64,000 nt of DNA from a virus: positions 1-64,000 of the IMG/VR virus record IMGVR_UViG_3300034062_006900, one strand, 5' to 3'. The position numbers and the translations under genes were made by a program. The stretch's first letter is position 1. Each line of letters starts with the position of its first letter. The notes under the pieces were generated by a model. That model was not told the origin of the DNA, did not search any database, and worked only from the letters and a program-made list of their open reading frames with translations. This document shows positions 1 to 7,514 of this stretch, piece after piece.

Positions 1-121
1 CATACACCAACCAAAATATTGCACCTATGGTATTAACTAATCGTAGTTTAAAAACATTCTCTATTAGAAAAGAAACCAATATAAGAACAGTCCCGATATA
101 CCCAAAAATTTCCCAATTCAT
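1..121 (-). CDS. YgjV-like small inner-membrane protein (3' end outside window)
   Basis: Manual translation MNWEIFGYIGTVLILVSFLIENVFKLRLVNTIGAIFWLVY; two hydrophobic helices with a KLRLVN motif. Confidence 0.6.
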   Translation of the reverse strand, partial: MNWEIFGYIGTVLILVSFLIENVFKLRLVNTIGAIFWLVY

Positions 122-141
122 ATTATATTATTTAAAAAGTT

Positions 142-164
142 AAAACCCCTTACGGGGTTTTTTT
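142..164. terminator. intrinsic terminator
   Basis: AAAACCCC-TTAC-GGGGTTTT hairpin at the end of the 163..633 gene. Confidence 0.7.
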
Positions 165-633
165 AATTTTGAACGAATGCTTTGTCGGCCCACGTTTTTG
201 TGTTTACCAACTCCCACAACTTCATGTCACACATATCAGGGAAAGATGTTCTCATATTTCCAACCGTTATTACCTCAAGGAATCCACGGTCAATTGAATA
301 CCATTTACCACCTTTGGTTGTCAATACATTGAACCAAATCACTTTACCGTCATCCCAAGTGTGTTTGACCTGAATGTTAAGAAGAGAATTTTTAGACCAA
401 CCGCTCATCATATCGGAAGCGGTCCCTTTACTATCGTGAATATTAATGAAACCCGCTTGACATTTGTTTGCAATACGAAATTCATATTCCTTATTCACAT
501 CTTTGATATGGTTGGAAACCATAACAGAGATTCTCTTATTCTTTACTGTGGTGTCAAAAGAGCCGTAGAATACGTCTCCGGCTAATGTTCCTGTTGTTAA
601 CTTTACTGCTGGGATTGTAGGTGTGTTGGTCAT
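163..633 (-). CDS. hypothetical protein
   Basis: ORF; start moved to 633 (MTNTP) because a promoter lies at 655-685. Confidence 0.7.
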   Translation of the reverse strand: MTNTPTIPAVKLTTGTLAGDVFYGSFDTTVKNKRISVMVSNHIKDVNKEYEFRIANKCQAGFINIHDSKGTASDMMSGWSKNSLLNIQVKHTWDDGKVIWFNVLTTKGGKWYSIDRGFLEVITVGNMRTSFPDMCDMKLWELVNTKTWADKAFVQN

Positions 634-654
634 ATATTTTGTGTTTTGTGAATA

Positions 655-685
655 CAAAGATAGGACTTTATAACTTACTGGCAAA
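655..685 (-). promoter_or_regulatory. Bacteroidota-type housekeeping promoter
   Basis: TTTG-N19-TATCTTTG on minus strand. Confidence 0.8.
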
Positions 686-697
686 AAATATTTTTAA

Positions 698-1210
698 TTA
701 ATTTGAAACCGCAAATCCATAGGATAAAATAATTCTCGGGATTTGACCCTCAACTCGGGTTGTAGAATGAGGAATTACCCCTGATTCCACTTTTAAGAGG
801 GTTCTTTCAGTTATATTTATGACTTTACCGTCATAAATTGGTAATCCTCCTTTTTCGGGTAATGATATAAAAACATTGTATCTTCTTGAATGTAATTCTT
901 TGTTACTTGGGTTGGCATCAACATGTTCTGGCACTTTAGCTCCGTTTCTTTGGACACTTACAAAATCTCCTCTGTATGGTTCAAATTTATTATTTTCTAA
1001 ATTTTCAATTTCAATTATCCTTTTTTTTATTTCGAAATTTAAATCCAACTTTTCAGGTATTTTTTTGAATAATTCTCGACTTCTGTAAGGTCCGGTTGGA
1101 TTTGGAATTAGATATTTTTCATTCCTCAGAGCCCACTCTCGAATAATTCTCTGTTCCTCTTCAGATATGAAATTATCATAGAAATATGTTGAACCAATTT
1201 CATGTTTCAT
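698..1210 (-). CDS. 2OG-Fe(II) oxygenase
   Basis: HxD (EHVD), distal His (PHST), RxxxS (RIILSY); start at MKHEIG downstream of TATTTAT. Confidence 0.8.
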   Translation of the reverse strand: MKHEIGSTYFYDNFISEEEQRIIREWALRNEKYLIPNPTGPYRSRELFKKIPEKLDLNFEIKKRIIEIENLENNKFEPYRGDFVSVQRNGAKVPEHVDANPSNKELHSRRYNVFISLPEKGGLPIYDGKVINITERTLLKVESGVIPHSTTRVEGQIPRIILSYGFAVSN

Positions 1211-1238
1211 ATTCATAAATATTATTATATTTATTAAC

Positions 1239-1616
1239 ATGTTTAAAGAGGAGCTCTTACAGGAGAAATTAAAATATTTGATAATGTCCGAACTTCAGGG
1301 GAAGTTCGAAATTTTGGACTTTCGTGTTGAATTCAGTTATTCTGAACCTCAAATTTTAGAAGCATATGACGTTGACGTTAAATTTGATTATTTATCGACA
1401 ATCGATAGTCAGGCAAGTGATTTCGGATATGATATCAATAAAATGTCTGATACGTTCAGAAAAGCAGTTCAAAAATATCAAATAAATAAGGAAGGCAAAA
1501 TTGTTACCAATTCAGAATATCTCGTAAGCGATGGCATGATTTGGGGCATCGAATTTCAAGCCGACACAAAACATGTTTTCGAAATGTCCTTTAATGTTAA
1601 TCTATGGTTAGATTAA
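1239..1616 (+). CDS. hypothetical protein
   Basis: ORF with TATTTAT motif upstream. Confidence 0.7.
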   Translation: MFKEELLQEKLKYLIMSELQGKFEILDFRVEFSYSEPQILEAYDVDVKFDYLSTIDSQASDFGYDINKMSDTFRKAVQKYQINKEGKIVTNSEYLVSDGMIWGIEFQADTKHVFEMSFNVNLWLD

Positions 1617-2038
1617 ACCTTATCACAATCATTAGGCTGGAAACAACCCTGTCCACCACCTTCAACATATCCCACTCTCATATCAATATGAGTTGATTTC
1701 AAATAGGGACTTTCTTTACCACAGATGACACACTTGTCAAAAGCATCAGAATTATCCTCCTCAGTTTTGAGAACACAACCCAAGTGGTCATACCCAACTA
1801 GATAGTCATAATCGATTTCAGAAGTGTCTCCACCACAGATAGAACAGGTATATGGATGAATAATCTTTTTGACAAGACCATCTTCACCAATAACAATTCC
1901 GAAATCTTCGTCATCGTATCGAGGACCTTCTTGGTCTCTTCTAGCTTGCCAGTATTTATTTCTTGTGAGTTCTCCCAACATAGAATCATTTGGAGTTTCT
2001 AATATTTCTTTTTCTGTTACTGTAACTTTGATTGACAT
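1613..2038 (-). CDS. hypothetical protein with CxxC motifs
   Basis: CSIC and CVIC motifs. Confidence 0.65.
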   Translation of the reverse strand: MSIKVTVTEKEILETPNDSMLGELTRNKYWQARRDQEGPRYDDEDFGIVIGEDGLVKKIIHPYTCSICGGDTSEIDYDYLVGYDHLGCVLKTEEDNSDAFDKCVICGKESPYLKSTHIDMRVGYVEGGGQGCFQPNDCDKV

Positions 2039-2096
2039 AGTAAAGTTTTTTTAAAAGATATAAACTCACTAATATAAAATAAAGGTATTTATTAAT

Positions 2097-2939
2097 ATGG
2101 AGGACAAAATAAAAAGATTAGCATCGAACTTATCAGAAATATTACCTGAACCAAAGGAACCTCAACAAGTTTGGGACAATTTAAGAGTTCTGATGAATGA
2201 ACAAAAAACCTACTTCGAAAAAATATCACCACAAAATATTATCAAAGTAATATTTTACATTTGGTCTTTAAAGGAAACAGGTAATTTCAAGTTAGCTGAG
2301 AAGATGCTAAATGAAATTTCTTTTGCACTCGTGTTCCATCATGAGGGTAATCATCATAAAGAATATTGTGGTTCTTGTAGAGGTGAAGGTGATTTTGATT
2401 GTGATGATTGTCGTTCGGGTATGGCTACGTGTGAAAATTGTGATGGTAGTGGATTAGAAGAATGTGCTGAGTGTGGTGGTAATGGTGCAGTAACCGAGGA
2501 TGGTGAGACCTTTACTTGTCCTGATTGTGGTGGTGAGGGTCAGGTTGAGTGTGGTGAATGTAGTGGACAGGGAGAGGTTGAGTGTAGTCAATGTAGTTAT
2601 GGAAGATTAACCTGTAATGAATGTGAGGGGTCTGGTGAGGTAGATACTGATGAATTTGAATATTTTGAACATTTCATAGTAACATGGAATAATTTCATTA
2701 AAAATAGATGCGAAATAACTGAAGAAGATACTGATGTCACAATGAGTGAATACGAATTTGACAGAATAAGTGATAAGTTCATAACTCTTGGTCATACGGA
2801 AAGTCACATGAAATTCGAAGATTGGGTCATAGAAAATGAAATGTATTGTGCATACTACAATGATAACCCAAGATTAATTTATGATAGTTATATGGAAATA
2901 TACACACCTGACTTCAGTTTAAAATATGCAGAAGCTTAA
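2097..2939 (+). CDS. protein with tandem DnaJ-type zinc-finger (CxxCxGxG) repeats
   Basis: About 8 CxxCxGxG-like repeats; no J domain (no HPD). Confidence 0.8.
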   Translation: MEDKIKRLASNLSEILPEPKEPQQVWDNLRVLMNEQKTYFEKISPQNIIKVIFYIWSLKETGNFKLAEKMLNEISFALVFHHEGNHHKEYCGSCRGEGDFDCDDCRSGMATCENCDGSGLEECAECGGNGAVTEDGETFTCPDCGGEGQVECGECSGQGEVECSQCSYGRLTCNECEGSGEVDTDEFEYFEHFIVTWNNFIKNRCEITEEDTDVTMSEYEFDRISDKFITLGHTESHMKFEDWVIENEMYCAYYNDNPRLIYDSYMEIYTPDFSLKYAEA

Positions 2940-2941
2940 TT

Positions 2942-3457
2942 ATGAGTAATTTAAAAACTTTCCTTAATATATTGTCCAAATCGGGTGGCTATCCAAACCC
3001 CGATATTCAATCTGTTGCCAAAATGATTGGTTATGATTTAGATAAATTACTTGAAGACTTAGTCAAAGAAATAGGAGAAGAGAAAGCCAATGACTTTGTT
3101 CAGAAAGCAGTTCAAAAGATGTCAAAAGGTGATGGAGTTAGAATTCAAGACCAAGATGACCCTGAACAATTCGCTAACATACACCTTATTAACCCACACA
3201 TTGACTTAGAAAATGATGAAACTACTGTATTATCTGATTGGGGTTGGGGTGATACCAATATTTTTTACAAAGATGATGATGGTAATGAAAGTTACAAAAC
3301 AATCTCTGAAATTGCTGACGAGGTTGGTATGGGAGAATGGGCAGATTTCGACGAAATGGTAGATGAAATCAGAGAAGAATGTAATCAATTATTTTACAAA
3401 AATTGTGGTTTTGGTATTTGGTGGGACGACCGAAAGGATATAGTAAATAACATATAA
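2942..3457 (+). CDS. acidic hypothetical protein
   Basis: ORF 2 nt after the upstream stop. Confidence 0.7.
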   Translation: MSNLKTFLNILSKSGGYPNPDIQSVAKMIGYDLDKLLEDLVKEIGEEKANDFVQKAVQKMSKGDGVRIQDQDDPEQFANIHLINPHIDLENDETTVLSDWGWGDTNIFYKDDDGNESYKTISEIADEVGMGEWADFDEMVDEIREECNQLFYKNCGFGIWWDDRKDIVNNI

Positions 3458-3484
3458 AAAAAGAGAGACCGAAGTCTCTCCTTT
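3456..3484. terminator. terminator between convergent genes
   Basis: GAGAGAC-CGAA-GTCTCTC hairpin with A tract. Confidence 0.7.
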
Positions 3485-3520
3485 AGGGCCGTCTGGTTTA
3501 GACAGCCTCCACCACCAAAT

Positions 3521-3814
3521 TTAACGAACTTGGAAACCTTTTTGCATTACTTGACTAACTAACTCAGCCATCTCTTCTCCTTTCATATAACCAATAACAT
3601 CATCACCCAATTCAGGTTTGAAGAACTTTGTTATAAAATCACCACTATCTCTGTCTATGATAGCAACCTCAAAGTCACTAACAAAGTCTCCGTAAAGACC
3701 ACTTCTACCACCAACGATTGAGAATTCAACATCCTCGTTATATATTCGAGTCATCTTACCACCTTCAAGTGGATGTGGTTTAGCCCACTCAATAATATTT
3801 TCTACTGTTATCAT
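3521..3814 (-). CDS. hypothetical phage protein
   Basis: ORF; ATGA overlap with upstream gene. Confidence 0.7.
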   Translation of the reverse strand: MITVENIIEWAKPHPLEGGKMTRIYNEDVEFSIVGGRSGLYGDFVSDFEVAIIDRDSGDFITKFFKPELGDDVIGYMKGEEMAELVSQVMQKGFQVR

Positions 3815-4074
3815 TGTTCAATTTTACTTTTATTTATTAAATGTTCAGTCAAGGTATATTCATTATTCGAAGTAAGAATAATTGAGTCAACCAAGTGTTT
3901 GTATGGAACGTGAACCAAAAAATCTATTCCATTGAAGAAATCCAAGTTTGACTTGGTTTCCAAACAAGCATTAACCATTTTAAGAAATAATTTGAACTGA
4001 ACTCCATTACTGAATGATTCGTTGACAATTACTCCAAAGGTCTCGTGTTGAATTTTAATAGTGTGTGATGTCAT
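3811..4074 (-). CDS. hypothetical protein
   Basis: ORF with TATCTTTG element at 4098-4105. Confidence 0.7.
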   Translation of the reverse strand: MTSHTIKIQHETFGVIVNESFSNGVQFKLFLKMVNACLETKSNLDFFNGIDFLVHVPYKHLVDSIILTSNNEYTLTEHLINKSKIEQ

Positions 4075-4194
4075 GTATTAGGTTTATTTGTGAGACACAA
4101 AGATATATTTTTAATTTCAAATAAAAAAGTCAATTCCCTTTTTATTCGGGTATAATACGTCTTTTTTTAAAAACACAAAATATTTATAGATTAC

Positions 4195-4479
4195 ATGGAA
4201 AAAGATTTGGACATATTAGAAACAATCCTCAGGGACCAAAATTACGCAACAGAATACATTGCAATGATTTTACAACACTTGGTTAAGGAATTAGGACAAT
4301 CCTCACTTGAGAGATTTACCCCGAATTTTATTTACTCAGCATTAGCATTTGAACTTGGAAGAGCTAAATCAAAGGAGATTGCAGAATATTTCGAGGAGTT
4401 CAAAGAAAAAGGTAGTTACAGAACAACTCTTCAAAAAGCAATGGAAGATTCTCCATCATTTTCGAAATACACAAAATAA
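4195..4479 (+). CDS. hypothetical protein
   Basis: ORF with TATTTAT at 4181-4187. Confidence 0.65.
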   Translation: MEKDLDILETILRDQNYATEYIAMILQHLVKELGQSSLERFTPNFIYSALAFELGRAKSKEIAEYFEEFKEKGSYRTTLQKAMEDSPSFSKYTK

Positions 4480-4510
4480 AAAACCCCATCCGTAGAAACG
4501 AACAGGGTTT
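4479..4510 (-). terminator. terminator of the large ncRNA
   Basis: Minus strand AAACCCTGTTCG-TTTCTA-CGGATGGGGTTT followed by a T tract. Confidence 0.65.
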
Positions 4511-4518
4511 GGCAAAAT

Positions 4519-5326
4519 AGGTTGAGAATACACCATCTTGTGAGAGTCTTTACAGGAGATTATTTGTTTCCTCCGATTTCCACTTCCTTTTGAGAAGTAA
4601 CTCCCAGTCACGGTCAATTAGATTAACCAATCCTTAAGTCGTAATATACTCTATTTTTACTCATCACTCTTCTAGGTTGCCACCCAAACTCATCCTTGCG
4701 GGATTAGAGAACTTCCAAAACAATCGTATCGGGCTTGGGACCCTTTACGGCCATGAACAACTCATGACTAAGTAGTGACCTGTCTACCACGACTGACGAA
4801 CACTTTTCCTTTTAGTTTTAATGATTTGTTAGAATCCTTATTTTAACAAAGGGTTTGATTTGTGGATGTTAGATGTAGCGGTTCGTCAACGCAGCCATCC
4901 CATCTTTTGAACGAGACGATACTGAACTACACCTTGAAGTCTCCCGACCTCCATACTTTGAGTTTACTTCATAACTGACCACTTGGTAGAGGTCTGATAA
5001 GGAGAACAACAGCACCATCTGTTTGAACTCTTACCTTTCGGTTTTAAGTCTACTCTAATATTGAACTCCGCAATTGTATAGTTGGATGACCATACTTCTC
5101 ACAACAGCTCTACGAGTTATTCTTATTGGTGTTCCCACCTCAACCAAACGACCCACATCGCTCGGTCACCCAACCACTTTCTCTACAGTGTCACCCTCAA
5201 TACTCAAGGTTAGATGATATCCCGCTTGTCTACTCGAGCTCCGTTACCGAAGCCGCAACCGTTCCAATCAAGAACAAGTCACTTTATACTACTTTCATAG
5301 TTTATTTATGGACTATAGACCGCCCA
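4519..5326 (-). ncRNA. large (~810 nt) structured ncRNA, GOLLD-like
   Basis: No credible ORF; GC above flanks; many GNRA-capped stems on minus strand (ACC-GAAA-GGT, ATCCC-GCAA-GGAT, GAGGTC-GGGA-GACTTC, CTTCG-GTAA-CGGAG), two CAAAAG-loop hairpins, G-U pairs favour minus strand; next to a tRNA, with own promoter and terminator. Family assignment rests on size, context and recalled motifs only. Confidence 0.65.
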
Positions 5327-5489
5327 ATATCTTTATCAGTCATTTCAAACTCAACCCGAAGGTCTCATCTTCAACTCCTGAACGGATAATATTTTTATTC
5401 AAAGAACTTTAAAATTAATGAAGAAAAGAGGAAACTTTACGACCCACCGAAGTAGGAACCTTTACTACCCCTTTTCTTCATTTGTCTTA

Positions 5490-5521
5490 CAAAATTAAGA
5501 ATGTTTTGGGAAACAGTCAAA
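5490..5521 (-). promoter_or_regulatory. Bacteroidota-type promoter P3 (drives large ncRNA)
   Basis: TTTG-N20-TAATTTTG followed by ACAAATG leader. Confidence 0.75.
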
Positions 5522-5646
5522 TTTTTGTAGAACTTTTTTTTTGAAGAACAATACAACAAATAATTCTACGGACCCCCTACTCTTAATAGGACAGGTTTAT
5601 TTGGTTATTCATTCAAAGAACTAAACGACTCTCGTCATTTGTTTTT

Positions 5647-5678
5647 CAAAGATAGGATGAATTTTTCAATTCGTCAAA
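5647..5678 (-). promoter_or_regulatory. Bacteroidota-type promoter P2
   Basis: TTTG-N20-TATCTTTG followed by ACAAATG leader. Confidence 0.75.
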
Positions 5679-5736
5679 TCTTTTTTAAAAAAAATAGGGA
5701 ACCTCGATTTTACGACCGCAGTCAACCTATTCTTAG

Positions 5737-5808
5737 TTGCGAAGGATGGATTCGAACCACCGACCTAAAGGTTATGAGCCTTCCGAGCTACCACTGCTCT
5801 ACCTCGCG
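5737..5808 (-). tRNA. tRNA-Met(CAT), initiator-like
   Basis: CGCGAGGTAGAGCAGTGGTAGCTCGGAAGGCTCATAACCTTTAGGTCGGTGGTTCGAATCCATCCTTCGCAA; cloverleaf, GTTCGAATC T-loop, C1:A72 mismatch; CCA not encoded. Confidence 0.92.
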
Positions 5809-5971
5809 ATATATCTTTATGATTACAAACCCACTTCCCCACGGTCACCTATCCACGTCATGCGCTGGTTGAACCAGCGGGTGTAATCAATATTTTTAAG
5901 AACTTATTTAGAAAATAAGTCCCACAAGCTTATGAATCTCTCGATAAAACACTTGTGGGACATTTGTTTCA

Positions 5972-6003
5972 CAAAGATAAGTAGAATTTTTGGTTCAGTC
6001 AAA
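5972..6003 (-). promoter_or_regulatory. Bacteroidota-type promoter P1 (drives tRNA)
   Basis: TTTG-N20-TATCTTTG followed by ACAAATG leader. Confidence 0.75.
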
Positions 6004-6083
6004 TCTTTTTTGAAACTTTTGGGTTTGGGGATATTCTGTCTTCTCAGACAGAGACATATAAATATCTACATATTTACCAAAAG

Positions 6084-6179
6084 TCATTCATCATCCAAAT
6101 TATCTATTTGTCTGTTCATATCAAGAACAGCCAAAACAACAAAGAGGAATAATATTACTACTACAAAACCTAAAATCAT
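6084..6179 (-). CDS. small single-TM protein (31 aa)
   Basis: Manual translation MILGFVVVILFLFVVLAVLDMNRQIDNLDDE; ATGA overlap with Nudix stop. Confidence 0.5.
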   Translation of the reverse strand: MILGFVVVILFLFVVLAVLDMNRQIDNLDDE

Positions 6180-6595
6180 TTTAATATAATTTCTGCAAGT
6201 TTAAAAAGATATTCACCCGAAGTTTCTTCCTTAATCTCTTCGATTGGAAAATATTTGGCGTCGGTATGTTCTTCACCATCAATCGCGTTAACCAAGTCAG
6301 GCATAATCTCATCATCAACATTTAGAAGATAAACATACATTAAACCTTTAACCTTTTTACCATCTCTTGTATGACGAGGAATTAACCCAACAAATTGGAG
6401 TTCTTGGTCATCGATGTTAATTGCGGTTTCTTCAAAGAATTCTCTTCGAGCACCCTCTTGAGTAGTTTCTCCATCCTCAAGTTTACCGCCAGGTATGGAC
6501 CACATTCCAGGGAATGAACCCAAGTTATTTCTCTTACATAGAAGAAGTTTGTTTTTACATTTTACGGCTACGCCAACGTATCTTTTTTTATCCAT
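6176..6595 (-). CDS. Nudix hydrolase
   Basis: Nudix box GGKLEDGETTQEGARREFFEETAI. Confidence 0.92.
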   Translation of the reverse strand: MDKKRYVGVAVKCKNKLLLCKRNNLGSFPGMWSIPGGKLEDGETTQEGARREFFEETAINIDDQELQFVGLIPRHTRDGKKVKGLMYVYLLNVDDEIMPDLVNAIDGEEHTDAKYFPIEEIKEETSGEYLFKLAEIILK

Positions 6596-6604
6596 AGTAT
6601 TTAT

Positions 6605-6958
6605 ATGTATATGAAGGTTAAAATTAATCAAAATATTTTTAATATCAAAACTTTAATCGATAAAAAATCCCAATCTATTGGAATGATGGGTAAGACTTTC
6701 GATTCTACGTTTGATGGTCTTCTTTTTCTTATGGGTGGAAAGAAACAATGTTTTTGGATGAAGAACTGTGTCATTCCTTTAGATATAATCATAATCAAAA
6801 ACAACGTCATCGTTAATATCCACCACAGTTGTCCCCCTTGTAATGAAGACCCTTGTCCTTCTTATTGTGGTAGAGGTAACATTGTATTAGAATTGGAGGG
6901 TGGAAGTTGTGAAGATTTGAATATCCAACCAGGTGATACAGTTGAATATCTATTCTAA
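6605..6958 (+). CDS. DUF192 family protein
   Basis: GMM...GLLF...FWMKNCVIPLDII...VLEL..G pattern. Confidence 0.85.
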   Translation: MYMKVKINQNIFNIKTLIDKKSQSIGMMGKTFDSTFDGLLFLMGGKKQCFWMKNCVIPLDIIIIKNNVIVNIHHSCPPCNEDPCPSYCGRGNIVLELEGGSCEDLNIQPGDTVEYLF

Positions 6959-7494
6959 TTCTTCCAAATCGTTTCTTTAACTTCTTCTTTGTGAGCAATA
7001 TATCTCGCCAAAACAAAAAAGTAATCACTCAATCTGTTTAGATACATTGATATCGGGTGAAGTTTTATAAAGTTATCCAAAACCTTACATTCAAGAACTT
7101 CAATTTCAGTTCTTCTTGCAATTGTTCTACAGATGTGTGCTGTGGCAACTGACCTACTACCCTTTGGTAAAATAAAATTTTTAAGTTCTGGTAATTCTTT
7201 ATTCATTGTATCCATAGCTTCTTCAAGTGATTTGATATCTTCTTGAGTTACTTCTGTCAGTTCAATGTTATTATCATTAATAATCATTGAACCAGCATTG
7301 AATAAATTCCATTGAATGATTTCAAATAGTCCATTAATATCTAATATCTCACTTCTAAGTAACCCCACAAATGAGTTCAACTCATCTAATGAACCAACCG
7401 CCTTTATTTCTTGAATTGTTTTGGAAACTCTTCGTCCTGATAACAGACTTGTTGTTCCGTCGTCACCTTTCTTCGTATATACTTTATTTGCCAT
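6955..7494 (-). CDS. pduO: PduO-type ATP:cob(I)alamin adenosyltransferase
   Basis: KVYTKKGDDGTTSL, GSLDELNS, FILPKG, HICRTIARR, YLNRLSDYFF. Confidence 0.92.
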   Translation of the reverse strand: MANKVYTKKGDDGTTSLLSGRRVSKTIQEIKAVGSLDELNSFVGLLRSEILDINGLFEIIQWNLFNAGSMIINDNNIELTEVTQEDIKSLEEAMDTMNKELPELKNFILPKGSRSVATAHICRTIARRTEIEVLECKVLDNFIKLHPISMYLNRLSDYFFVLARYIAHKEEVKETIWKN

Positions 7495-7514
7495 GGACAA
7501 ATAATATAAAATAA

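Noticed and set aside
4519-5326. Large RNA as rRNA, tmRNA, RNase P or group I intron
   Set aside because: No recognisable conserved motifs of these classes, no tRNA-like ends and no interrupted host gene; not formally excluded without a covariance search.
4516-5731. 10-bp inverted repeat (AATAGGTTGA / TCAACCTATT) flanking the RNA island as a processing stalk
   Set aside because: Short, and the upstream copy already pairs locally in the hairpin after the tRNA; may be chance.
5126-6189. Plus-strand ORFs 5126..5389, 5639..5872 and 5932..6189
   Set aside because: Antisense to the ncRNA, tRNA and promoters, mostly non-ATG starts, atypical composition.
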